From the NCBI GenBank assembly GCA_002688875.1, contig NZDU01000041.1, forward strand, positions 1-48,624: a stretch of 48,624 nucleotides of DNA. The letters are read 5' to 3'. The position numbers and the translations under genes were made by a program. Every line of letters starts with the position of its first letter. The stretch's first letter is position 1. The notes beneath the pieces were generated by a model, which worked only from the letters and a program-made list of their open reading frames with translations, was not told the DNA's origin and did not search any database. Shown in pieces: positions 1 to 8,177 of this stretch. This DNA is from Candidatus Pacearchaeota archaeon. GTDB lineage: Archaea; Nanobdellota; Nanobdellia; Pacearchaeales; GW2011-AR1.

Positions 1-423
1 CTTCTCTTCCTCAGTTTTCTCTTCTTTCTTCTCTTCAACTTTTTCAGTTTTCTTCCCACTTTCAACAACAGCTTTAGCCTTCTTCTTCAACTCCCTACTC
101 CTCTTAAACTTCAAAACATCTGGAATATCAACCAACTCCACCCTCACAATCCCATCATCATACTTAACAGCCTTAACCTTAATCCGAGCCGGAGGTTTCT
201 TCTCCCCTCTAAACCTCATCTCATTATTCAAATCAACATCCAACTTTATCTTACCAAGATCTTTATCATAAACCTTCATATGATTCACTAAAAATTCCTT
301 AAGCGTCTTAACAGTCTTCCTACTCCTCTTATATTTAGGAACCTTCAACCATCCCTTCCTAAGCGGAACAATATACTCACGCGACAACACAACCTTGCTC
401 TCAACTTTTTTCTCTTTCGCCAT
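1..423 (-). CDS. rpl31e: 50S ribosomal protein L31e (eL31); 3' end runs off the window
   Basis: Own translation from ATG at 423: MAKEKKVESKVVLSREYIVPLRKGWLKVPKYKRSRKTVKTLKEFLVNHMKVYDKDLGKIKLD... This fits the eL31 pattern. The frame is open to position 1. It is absent from the ORF track because there is no stop in the window. Confidence 0.85.
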   Translation of the reverse strand, partial: MAKEKKVESKVVLSREYIVPLRKGWLKVPKYKRSRKTVKTLKEFLVNHMKVYDKDLGKIKLDVDLNNEMRFRGEKKPPARIKVKAVKYDDGIVRVELVDIPDVLKFKRSRELKKKAKAVVESGKKTEKVEEKKEEKTEEEK

Positions 424-430
424 TTTCTAA

Positions 431-637
431 TTATCCCAACTGAGGCTTCCTCTGCCTTCTAGGTTTAATTTTTAATTTTGTCCTTCTCCAATTCCTTCTT
501 ATACTTGTTATAGCCGAAGGATGCACCCTTTTCCCACTTCCATACTTCCTCAAAACAGCCCAAACCGGCGCCCACTTCGTTCTCTTCCCAGCTTTACTCA
601 ACTTAATCTTCCTTTGCTGTTTTCGTTTTTCTCTCAT
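431..637 (-). CDS. rpl39e: 50S ribosomal protein L39e (eL39)
   Basis: KLSKAGKRTKWAPVWAVLRK...RRNWRRTKLKI matches the eL39 core. ATGA overlap with the upstream ORF. Confidence 0.85.
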   Translation of the reverse strand: MREKRKQQRKIKLSKAGKRTKWAPVWAVLRKYGSGKRVHPSAITSIRRNWRRTKLKIKPRRQRKPQLG

Positions 638-1065
638 TGTTTAACCACTCCACTATTTAATGATTCTAAATATTTAACCAATTTACTCCTCTTTTCCTTT
701 ACAATTTCTTTTAACTCATTAGGAATATGAGAAAAATTATCTGCAAAATAAAATCCAGGGTCGCCCCTCACTTTTAATCCTGTACTATTATCTTCACCAT
801 TCAAAAATACAACTACACCATCATAATCAGCCCTAGGATTTCTATCTTCATCTTTTTTATAGGCCACAAGTAATGGATTAAAATTATCAAGTTTTATAAC
901 AGCTCCTTCACGATTCCCAGGTACCATTGGTTTCACTTCATAATTTCCAGATTCATACACAATTTTATACTCACCCCTACTTCTTACTGGGAATAATTCA
1001 AAACAACTTTCCCCATCAACAAATCTAAGTCCTCTATGTTTATCTAACGTAGCATTTCCTATCAT
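634..1065 (-). CDS. Hypothetical protein (143 aa), unskewed codon class, embedded in the r-protein operon
   Basis: ORF track. ATGA overlaps at both ends (1062-1065 with rps19e, 634-637 with rpl39e). Codons end in A/T, unlike the neighbours. No family recognised. Confidence 0.6.
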   Translation of the reverse strand: MIGNATLDKHRGLRFVDGESCFELFPVRSRGEYKIVYESGNYEVKPMVPGNREGAVIKLDNFNPLLVAYKKDEDRNPRADYDGVVVFLNGEDNSTGLKVRGDPGFYFADNFSHIPNELKEIVKEKRSKLVKYLESLNSGVVKQ

Positions 1066-1481
1066 TCTATCCCCTCCATAAATTCCTTACCTTTATCCGT
1101 CAACCTTCTCCCAGCTCTCTTCCCACTCTCATTAAATCTCTCAATCAACCCCTCACTCTCCGCCTGTTGCAACAAAACTCTAATCATCTTCCCACTAGCC
1201 TTCTTAAATTTCTCAGGCTTCATACCCCGATTCTTCTTACTTCCATACCTAGTCTTCAACCTATTAACTCCCACAACATTCTGAACATAAATCTGCCGAA
1301 GTATACTCGCCGCCCGCTTAAACCAAAAATCATTATCAAGCGGAGGCAACTTCTTACTCAACCCACTCTTAACATACAAACTCCACTCCGGCTGCTCAAA
1401 CCCCTCCAACTTCTTAAGAGCCTCAGCTAACTTAGAATTATACTCATTCGCATTCATCGAATACACTATACTGGTTTTCAT
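1062..1481 (-). CDS. rps19e: 30S ribosomal protein S19e (eS19)
   Basis: NSKLAEALKK...PEWSLYVKSG...DFWFKRAASILRQIYV..VGVNRLKTRYG...LLQQAESEGLI is the typical eS19 pattern. Confidence 0.9.
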   Translation of the reverse strand: MKTSIVYSMNANEYNSKLAEALKKLEGFEQPEWSLYVKSGLSKKLPPLDNDFWFKRAASILRQIYVQNVVGVNRLKTRYGSKKNRGMKPEKFKKASGKMIRVLLQQAESEGLIERFNESGKRAGRRLTDKGKEFMEGIE

Positions 1482-1699
1482 TTTTTGTTTTACACTCCAT
1501 CAGGCATCCCTTTCGGAATTAGATAAGCTCGCAGAGCAAATTAACCTAATTATATCTAGAAAAAGAGTTTATAAATCTTACTCTATTGTTCTTATCATGA
1601 AAAATTCATCTAAAAAAATGACAAACCTCTTAAATCTCTTACTTCTAATAGCATATATATCTTTATTAATATTCATAATAATAAATCTATTATCATAAA

Positions 1700-1930
1700 A
1701 TGTCAGGCCCAGGATTCGGAAAAAAACTCTTAGGAAAAGCAAATGTCTATATCCACGAAAAAGGCAAAAGCAACGCACGCATCACTCATATAGACATAGA
1801 ACTCCCCGAACTAAACAAAATAATAAAACCAAAAGAACCAACCTATGTCCAAGGAAAACCTGGAGGGGTATTCATAGGATTAAAAAAGGAAATGATTAAG
1901 AGAGCCGAGGAATTATTAGACAAAGATTAA
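1700..1930 (+). CDS. Hypothetical small protein (76 aa)
   Basis: ORF track. Codons end in A/C, as expected for a resident plus-strand gene left of the skew switch. Confidence 0.45.
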   Translation: MSGPGFGKKLLGKANVYIHEKGKSNARITHIDIELPELNKIIKPKEPTYVQGKPGGVFIGLKKEMIKRAEELLDKD

Positions 1931-1974
1931 CCAAAAAAGAAACTTCTAAACCACTCTAATATTTGAGCAAAGAT

Positions 1975-2715
1975 ATTATAATGCGCCCGTAAAACTATCC
2001 AGCCTTTAGGCTGTGGATATAAGGGCGCGCGACAGTAGAAACGCTTTTACAATTCTAAGTATTAATAAAAGAGAGTTAGATTGTAACTCTCTCTAGAATT
2101 TCCAGTGATAGTTAGAACTTTCTCAAACTAATTAAATCTTTCTCTTGCTATTGCAAGAGAAAAAAGGAGACAAAAATGAAACAACAAACACTTAGCGAGA
2201 GCTATAAAGAAATTAAATATGAGAAGATCAACCATATGGTTGGAATGTCGATGTGGCACTTTGAGTGGTGCTCAAAGTATAGATATAAAGCTTTCAGGAA
2301 ATGGAAGTACAAAAAGTTAGCAGAAGGTTGCTTACGAAAGGCAGCAACCGAGTATGGAATCAAATGGTTTGAGCTTGATGTTCAACCAAACCATGTTCAT
2401 GGGAGCGCATCCATTCCAATGACCATGACTCCTTCAAAGGCTTTAGGACTTTTGAAAGGAAGAGCATCTAAACTGTTCTTTGAGAGGTGTCCAAATATGA
2501 GACTTCGATACAAGAAGGGGCATTTGTGGAGTCGAGGAAAGTTTGCAGCTTCATTAGGATTTGTCAATCTTGATGTAGTGAACAATTACATCAAGAATCA
2601 AGACAAACATCATAAAACAAAGTGGATTACGGAGTGACTAGAGGTTAGGAAGCTGGGGTCCGGAGCGAAGCGGAGGACTGGCCCGAAGGGCCACCCTTTA
2701 GGGCCCAGAGGATGT
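1975..2715 (+). mobile_element. IS200/IS605-family element (tnpA only); ends approximate
   Basis: tnpA is flanked by GC-rich imperfect hairpins. Left: gcgccc(1983-1988)...gggcgc(2023-2028), enclosing tatccagcc/ggctGTggata. Right: GUCC-GGA-GC-GAA-GC-GGA-GGAC (2658-2678), ggccc-gaa-gggcc (2680-2692), and the alternative gggcc...ggccc (2688-2706). Confidence 0.55.
2176..2637 (+). CDS. tnpA: IS200/IS605-family Y1 (HUH) transposase TnpA, or a RAYT-like relative
   Basis: WHFEWCSKYRYK..., HUH motif in QPNHVHGSASIP, and LWSRGKFAASLG. C-terminal helix VVNNYIKNQ aligns with the catalytic-Tyr helix of IS608 TnpA (VVKQYIENQ). 153 aa. Confidence 0.85.
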   Translation: MKQQTLSESYKEIKYEKINHMVGMSMWHFEWCSKYRYKAFRKWKYKKLAEGCLRKAATEYGIKWFELDVQPNHVHGSASIPMTMTPSKALGLLKGRASKLFFERCPNMRLRYKKGHLWSRGKFAASLGFVNLDVVNNYIKNQDKHHKTKWITE

Positions 2716-2750
2716 CACAAAGTATGTATTAGAGTTTAAAAGTGTATCTT

Positions 2751-3122
2751 TTATTTATGGATAAATTGCATTATGTGTAAGGTTAGGATGGCGAATCCTG
2801 CTGCTATTCTTATGATTCTTGTTAGTTGTCTTTTTATTGTTGCGTTTGGATGTTCGAAGATTCTTGCTAGACCTTCGACGATTAGAAATACTCCTGCTAA
2901 GAAAGCTAGGATGTCTATGATTATTGGATCTAAGTAACTGCAAGCGTTTAAGGATTTTTGGCCGTTGAGTTGGACTGTTATTGCAAGGATGATTGCTATA
3001 AGAGATGTTAGTAGAGTTGTTAGTAGAGTTGTTAGTAGAGTTGTTAGGATTGTTTTTTTGAGATTTGTTGAAATGTTCTTTTGAGATTTTTTATTTTTAG
3101 ATATTTTTTCCCTCTTTTTCAT
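2751..3122 (-). CDS. Small membrane protein with a (TTLL)n repeat
   Basis: Lys-rich N-terminus followed by hydrophobic segments. A/C-ending codons, the resident minus-strand pattern right of the switch. Confidence 0.55.
   Translation of the reverse strand: MKKREKISKNKKSQKNISTNLKKTILTTLLTTLLTTLLTSLIAIILAITVQLNGQKSLNACSYLDPIIIDILAFLAGVFLIVEGLARIFEHPNATIKRQLTRIIRIAAGFAILTLHIMQFIHK
3007..3049. repeat. 12-bp tandem repeat gttagtagagtt, about 3.5 copies, inside the CDS
   Basis: Read directly at 3007-3018, 3019-3030 and 3031-3042, plus a partial copy. Encodes TTLLTTLLTTLL. Confidence 0.9.
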
Positions 3123-3316
3123 GTAGTTGATAAGTGGAGAGGGTATATAAATTATTCACCTTCAAAATCTATCACGGAGAATACGGGCCACTTGGTTAGT
3201 TTGTTTCTTCCTTTTAGATCTGGGAGTTCGATGATGAATGCTATTTCGTGGATTTTTCCTTGGAGTTTTTCGATTCGAGGAAAACATTTAAATAATATGA
3301 ATACATACTAGTATGT

Positions 3317-3469
3317 ATGAATAATAAATATGAAAGGATTACCATAACCTTACCACAAGATGTTTTGCAAAAATTCAGAGAATTCTGCAAAAGAAATGGG
3401 ATTAATATGAGCTCTAGAATATCCTTGCTTGTGGAAAAAGATTTGAAAGAAAAAAATCCTCTAAAATAG
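3317..3469 (+). CDS. Ribbon-helix-helix (CopG/MetJ-like) protein, 50 aa
   Basis: Own translation: MNNKYERITITLPQDVLQKFREFCKRNGINMSSRISLLVEKDLKEKNPLK. The beta-strand ITITLP followed by two helices is the RHH pattern. It falls below the ORF-track size cutoff. Confidence 0.6.
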   Translation: MNNKYERITITLPQDVLQKFREFCKRNGINMSSRISLLVEKDLKEKNPLK

Positions 3470-3491
3470 AATCTTCAAAAAGAAAAATAAT

Positions 3492-4385
3492 ATGAAACAT
3501 GTTGAAATGAGGGATAGAGTGGGAACTTTGCTTAGAAAAGATCTTTCTATAGATGAGATCTCAAAAAAATTATCCATTCCAGTTGGGACTCGGTATCAAA
3601 AAGGAAGCGTTAAATGGTATAAGTATTGTTTAGTAGCTAAAGAAAATCAGAAAAGGGCCATCGAGAAACATTCTGATTTGTATAGTCGAGCTGGGAAAAT
3701 TGCTCAACAAAAGCATCCTTGGTTGGGGAGGATGTTGGGTAAGAAGTATGGTCCTATTCAGGGAAAGATAAATGCTAAAAGATTGAAGGGAAATTCTGAT
3801 TATTTCTCGAAAATGGCTAAGAAACTACATAAAATTAATATAAATCATTCTAGAGATAACATGAGGAAAGCTCATGAAACAATGAAGAAGAAAGGAACTT
3901 TTATTGAGCATCAAAGAAAGGCTGCTCTAAAATGTATGGAAAAAAACCCTGGTCAGTTAAAAAATATGTCTAAGGTAGCACATGAAAAGTATTCATTGGC
4001 ATTGTTAGCCCTTGAGAGTAAAAGGAGAAATTATCCTTATAGGTTTATGAATTGTAGTTTTGATTCAAATGAAGAAATGATATTTTGTGAGAAATTAGTT
4101 GAGTTTGGATTAATTGAAAGACCTATTGAGGGGTTAAATGTTCATTTTAGGATTGGAAGATCTCATGTTGATTTTTTTATTCAAAATAGGATATTTATTG
4201 AATATCATCCTCCGAGGAAGTTTGGTAGAGTAATAGAAACAGAAGAAAGCTACCATAATGATAGGAGGAGTTTGTTAAATGCCTATGGATTTAGTAACTA
4301 TCCTTTAATTGTTGTTTCTAATTTGAGGGAGGCCGAGGATAAATTAATGAATGTTAAGAAGCTTATCCAGAATCTTGAAAATTAA
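3492..4385 (+). CDS. HTH protein with NUMOD3-like basic repeats and a C-terminal Vsr/DUF559-like PD-(D/E)xK nuclease-like domain (homing-endonuclease-like)
   Basis: N-terminal LSIDEISKKLSIPVGT (HTH). Repeats such as NHSRDNMRKAHETMKKKG and EHQRKAALKCMEKNPG. C-terminal FDSNEEMIFCEKLVEFGL...GRSHVDFFIQNRIFIEYH. The function call is inference. Confidence 0.55.
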   Translation: MKHVEMRDRVGTLLRKDLSIDEISKKLSIPVGTRYQKGSVKWYKYCLVAKENQKRAIEKHSDLYSRAGKIAQQKHPWLGRMLGKKYGPIQGKINAKRLKGNSDYFSKMAKKLHKININHSRDNMRKAHETMKKKGTFIEHQRKAALKCMEKNPGQLKNMSKVAHEKYSLALLALESKRRNYPYRFMNCSFDSNEEMIFCEKLVEFGLIERPIEGLNVHFRIGRSHVDFFIQNRIFIEYHPPRKFGRVIETEESYHNDRRSLLNAYGFSNYPLIVVSNLREAEDKLMNVKKLIQNLEN

Positions 4386-5643
4386 TTACACTAAAAACTT
4401 TATGCCCTTTTTTTTCAAGTTTTTCCCTTCCGCCTAGGTCATCTAATTCAATAATAAAGGCTATTTCTTCAATCTTACCTTCTAATTTTTGAATTAATTC
4501 AGCCGATGCAAGAGCGGTACCTGCAGTAGCCACCAAGTCGTCGACTAGTAATATGTTTTGGTCGGGTTTTATTGCGTCTTTGTGGATTTCTACTTTGTCG
4601 GTTCCGTATTCTAATTGGTATTCGTGGCTTATTGTTTCGTATGGGAGTTTGTTTGGTTTTCGTATTGGGATTAGTCCGATTCCTAGTTTGTCTGCTAGAA
4701 TTCCTGCGATTATGAATCCACGGGCTTCGATTCCTGCTATGGCGTCGATTGGTTGGTCTTTGTAGCGGTTGTAAAGGATGTTGATTGTTCTTTTCATTGC
4801 TTCTGGATCTAATAATAAGGTTGTTATGTCTCGGAACATGATTCCCGGTTTTGGGAAGTTGGGGATTGTTCTGATTTTGCTTTTTATTAATTGTTGATCT
4901 TTTTTTGCAATTTTTGGGATGACGTTTGTTAGAAGAGTTTTTACTTTTTCTGCGTTTTGTTTCATTGTTTGCATTACCATTTCGAAAGTTACTGGGAATT
5001 CGTCTTCTTTCCAACAATCGTAGTCGGTTGACATTGCTATGCTTGCGTATGGGATTTCTAGTTCCACTGCTAATTGGGCTTCGGGGCATGTGGTCATTCC
5101 GATGATGTCGGCAAAGTTTTTGAACATGAACGATTCGGCTTTTGTTGAGAATCTTGGGCCTTCAATTACCACTATTGTGGCTTTGGAGTGGTGGTTGTAG
5201 TTGAGAAGTTTGGTTTCTTCTATTAGTAATTGTCTTAATTCTTTTGAGAAGGGTTCTGCTGAACTTATGTGTCTTACATCTCCGTATTGATCAGAGAATG
5301 TAAGTTTTCTTAATTTGGTTTGATCTATGAATTGATCTGGGAAAACTAGGTGGCCTGGTTTGATTTCTTCCTTTAAACTGCCAACTGCGCTTGTGGCTAG
5401 GATGTGAGTGCAACCTTCTTGTTTTAGGGCTTTGATGTTGGCTCGGTAGTTTACTTTGGTTGGATAGATCTCATGGTTTTTCCCGTGTCTTGCTAGTATT
5501 ACTACTTCTACTCCGTTTAGTTTACCACATGTTAATTTTGAGCTTGGATCTCCGTAAGGTGTTGTTATTTCTTTTTCGGTGTAGTTTTCTATGAGGTTTG
5601 GGTCGTCTAAACCAGAGCCTCCTATGATTCCTATTTTTACCAT
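4363..5643 (-). CDS. mtnP-apt: Bifunctional fusion: 5'-methylthioadenosine/purine nucleoside phosphorylase (N-terminal, about 4900-5643) and adenine phosphoribosyltransferase (C-terminal, about 4366-4899)
   Basis: N-terminal KIGIIGGSGL...ILARHG...YRANI.AL...GMTTCPEA.LA.E (MTAP/PNP family). C-terminal IRTIPNFPKPGIMFRDITTLL...GIEARGFI...ILLVDDLVATAGT (APRT PRPP motif). Single ORF of 426 aa. Confidence 0.85.
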   Translation of the reverse strand: MVKIGIIGGSGLDDPNLIENYTEKEITTPYGDPSSKLTCGKLNGVEVVILARHGKNHEIYPTKVNYRANIKALKQEGCTHILATSAVGSLKEEIKPGHLVFPDQFIDQTKLRKLTFSDQYGDVRHISSAEPFSKELRQLLIEETKLLNYNHHSKATIVVIEGPRFSTKAESFMFKNFADIIGMTTCPEAQLAVELEIPYASIAMSTDYDCWKEDEFPVTFEMVMQTMKQNAEKVKTLLTNVIPKIAKKDQQLIKSKIRTIPNFPKPGIMFRDITTLLLDPEAMKRTINILYNRYKDQPIDAIAGIEARGFIIAGILADKLGIGLIPIRKPNKLPYETISHEYQLEYGTDKVEIHKDAIKPDQNILLVDDLVATAGTALASAELIQKLEGKIEEIAFIIELDDLGGREKLEKKGHKVFSVINFQDSG

Positions 5644-5705
5644 CTTTTGATAGATAGGATAGTGAGAATTGTTTTTTAAAGATAATAGAAATGTAAAATA
5701 TATAA

Positions 5706-8177
5706 TCAGTATTTATAATGTTCAGATTTGTAAGGGCCTTCGATTGGGATTCCGAGATAGTCTGATTGTTCTTTGGTGAGGGTTGAGAGTTTTACGCCTA
5801 GTCTTTCTAAATGTAGTCGGGCTACTTCTTCGTCTAGTTTTTTTGATAGCATGTAGACTCCGATGGGGTAGTTTTTTTGCCAGAGATCGATTTGGGCTAG
5901 GACTTGGTTTGTGAAGGAGTTGCTCATTACGAAGCTTGAGTGGCCTGTTGCGCATCCTAGATTTACTAGACGTCCTTCGGCTAGAATAAAAATTTCATGT
6001 GATGAGAAGATGTATTTGTCGACTTGGGGTTTGATGTTCAGCCTTGTTATGTCTTGGGCTTGATTTAGTTTTTCCATTTGGATTTCGTTGTCGAAGTGGC
6101 CGATGTTGCAGACTATTGCTTGATCTTTCATGTTTCTCATGTGTTCTAAGGTTATCACGTCTTTGTTTCCAGTTGTTGTTACGTAGATGTCTCCTTCCTT
6201 TAGGGAATCTTCTATCGGTTCAACTTGGAAACCTTCCATAGCTGCTTGTAATGCATTTATTGGGTCGATTTCATTTACTATGACTTTTGCACCGAAGCCA
6301 CGCATGCTTTGGGCGCAGCCTTTTCCTACGTCGCCGTAACCGCAGATGACTGCCGTTTTTCCGGCGATCATTACGTCTGTTGCTCGTTTGATTCCATCGG
6401 CTAGGCTTTCTCGGCATCCGTAAAGATTGTCAAATTTGCTTTTTGTTACTGAATCGTTTACGTTGATTGCGGGGAAAAGTAGTTTTTTTTGTTCTAGCAT
6501 TTGATAGAGTCGATGAACTCCGGTTGTGGTTTCTTCAGAGACCCCTTTGACTTCTCTTCCGATTTTGTGCCAGAAGTTTGGGTCTTCTTGGTATGTGGTT
6601 TTTAGTAAATTCATTAGTTCTCTATAGTCTTCTCCTTCGCTTGAATAATCTTGATTTAGTAAAGATGGGTTGTCTTCGATTTCCATTCCTTTGTGTATCA
6701 TTAGTGTTGCATCACCACCATCGTCTACTATTAGTTGAGGGCCTAGTCCGTTTTTGAAATCTAGGGCGTCTTTAGCTAATTCCCAGTATTCTTTTAGTGT
6801 TTCACCTTTCCAAGCGAAAACTGGGACTCCTATTTTGGCTATTGCTGCTGCGGCATGGTCTTGAGTTGAGAAAATGTTACAGGATGCCCATCTTATGTCG
6901 GCACCTAATTCTTTTAGAGTTTCAATTAGGACTGCGGTTTGGATAGTCATATGTAAGCTTCCAGTGATTCTTACATTTTGTAGTGGTTTTTCTAGTTGAT
7001 ATTTTTTTCTAATGGCCATAAGTCCTGGCATTTCTTTTTCGGCTATTGTGATTTCTTTTCTTCCGAAATCTGCTAGAGAAATATCTTTGATTTTATAATC
7101 TGGATTGTTAGAAATTGTATTTGTATTGTAATTGGGTTTACTGAAATCTTGATTTTGAATTAATGCCTCTTCCATGTTATTTATTTGATTGTTTGAGTTT
7201 AAAAGCTTTATCTCAGTCTGTTGGATAGGTGTTAGTCTTGCCCCTTCGTTTTTTATTACCATTGATGCTATTTTGCTTGCTTGTTTTCCGGCTTCGGATA
7301 AGTGGATGTTGTTTGCTATTCCGTGGAGAATTCCTGCGGCGTATGCGTCTCCGGCTCCGTTGGTGTTTACTACAATTGTTTTTTCTGGTTCTATCCTATG
7401 GACTTCATTGTTTGTTTTGATTAGGCTTCCTTTTTCTCCTAGTTTTACTATTGCTATCTCGGCATGGTCTGCGATGTCGTGTAGGGCTTGTTCTGGGTCT
7501 TTTCCGGTGAAGGCTTTTGCTTCGTCTTCGTTTAGGAAGATTATGTCTACGTGTTCTTTTACGAATTCCTTGAAGAATTGATGGTCGTTTTTTATTATTG
7601 TTGCATCGGATAGGTCTATCGATATTTTGGTTTGGTTTTGTTTTGCTATGTTCACTGCGTGTAGGATGACTTCTTTTGATTTTGGTGCTGCTAGTTGGTA
7701 TCCTTCTAAATGAAGTATTTTTGAATTGGTTATTATGTCGTGGGATAGAGTTTCTAAGTCGAGTTCTGCTGAGGCTCCTAGGTGTGTTGCGAAGGATCTT
7801 TCACCGTCGGGAGTTATTAAGGTTATGGCGTGTCCTGTTGTCTCGTTTTCATGTTTTGATAATTTAGAGGTTGTTACGGTTTCAGAGGTTTTTGTTTCGT
7901 AGATATTTCCATGAGGGTCGTTTCCTATTTTTCCGAAGAAGGCTGTTTTTCCTCCAAGATTTGAAACGCTTGCAATTGTGTTCGAGCAACTTCCTCCAGG
8001 GATTAAGCTTGAAGAATGGAATTCTAGTCTGTCTAATATCGATTTGCTTTCTTCTTTGTTTATTAGTTTCATCTCGCCTTTTTTTAGTCCTAATTCTTGT
8101 AAAAGAGATTCGTCTACATTGTATACTAGATCTAATATTGAATTTCCTATACCAGAAACGTCGTACTCTTTTTCCAT
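5706..8177 (-). CDS. ahcY: Bifunctional fusion: PfkB-family adenosine kinase (N-terminal, about 7230-8177), Asn/Gln-rich linker (about 7104-7229), and S-adenosyl-L-homocysteine hydrolase (C-terminal, about 5709-7103)
   Basis: N-terminal [31 protein letters not shown]...[12 protein letters not shown] (PfkB). C-terminal [28 protein letters not shown]...[16 protein letters not shown]...[11 protein letters not shown]...[12 protein letters not shown] (SAHH with NAD site). Single ORF of 823 aa. Confidence 0.85.
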   Translation of the reverse strand: MEKEYDVSGIGNSILDLVYNVDESLLQELGLKKGEMKLINKEESKSILDRLEFHSSSLIPGGSCSNTIASVSNLGGKTAFFGKIGNDPHGNIYETKTSETVTTSKLSKHENETTGHAITLITPDGERSFATHLGASAELDLETLSHDIITNSKILHLEGYQLAAPKSKEVILHAVNIAKQNQTKISIDLSDATIIKNDHQFFKEFVKEHVDIIFLNEDEAKAFTGKDPEQALHDIADHAEIAIVKLGEKGSLIKTNNEVHRIEPEKTIVVNTNGAGDAYAAGILHGIANNIHLSEAGKQASKIASMVIKNEGARLTPIQQTEIKLLNSNNQINNMEEALIQNQDFSKPNYNTNTISNNPDYKIKDISLADFGRKEITIAEKEMPGLMAIRKKYQLEKPLQNVRITGSLHMTIQTAVLIETLKELGADIRWASCNIFSTQDHAAAAIAKIGVPVFAWKGETLKEYWELAKDALDFKNGLGPQLIVDDGGDATLMIHKGMEIEDNPSLLNQDYSSEGEDYRELMNLLKTTYQEDPNFWHKIGREVKGVSEETTTGVHRLYQMLEQKKLLFPAINVNDSVTKSKFDNLYGCRESLADGIKRATDVMIAGKTAVICGYGDVGKGCAQSMRGFGAKVIVNEIDPINALQAAMEGFQVEPIEDSLKEGDIYVTTTGNKDVITLEHMRNMKDQAIVCNIGHFDNEIQMEKLNQAQDITRLNIKPQVDKYIFSSHEIFILAEGRLVNLGCATGHSSFVMSNSFTNQVLAQIDLWQKNYPIGVYMLSKKLDEEVARLHLERLGVKLSTLTKEQSDYLGIPIEGPYKSEHYKY

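Noticed and set aside
1578-1778. Minus-strand ORF 1578-1778, and plus-strand ORFs 521-730 and 1167-1430.
   Set aside because: They overlap better-supported genes or promoter sequence. Their composition is typical of out-of-frame or antisense reading.
1482-2175. Search for origin recognition boxes or a DNA unwinding element, to call a replication origin at the skew switch.
   Set aside because: An AT-rich tract is present, but I found no repeated ORB-like dyads and there is no cdc6/orc1 nearby. I therefore report only the skew switch, not an origin feature.
3007-3049. Tandem repeats at 3007-3049, 20491-20514, 13183-13216 and 40673-40716, considered as possible CRISPR arrays.
   Set aside because: The units are only 11-24 nt, contiguous or nearly so, with no spacers of unique sequence. 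No cas genes are present. One of them lies inside a coding region.
4499-5089. Same-strand alternative-frame ORFs and plus-strand shadow ORFs inside minus-strand genes: 4499-5089, 5722-5955, 7189-7581, 7871-8224, 12699-12938, 30013-30309, 30845-31330, 32133-32498, 39903-40277, 41564-41947, 43189-43647, 43666-44124 and 46866-47306.
   Set aside because: This is the same compositional artefact. The products are Cys/Leu/Phe/Ser/Arg-rich or Pro/Arg/Asn-rich and lack motifs, and each is fully contained in a conserved CDS.
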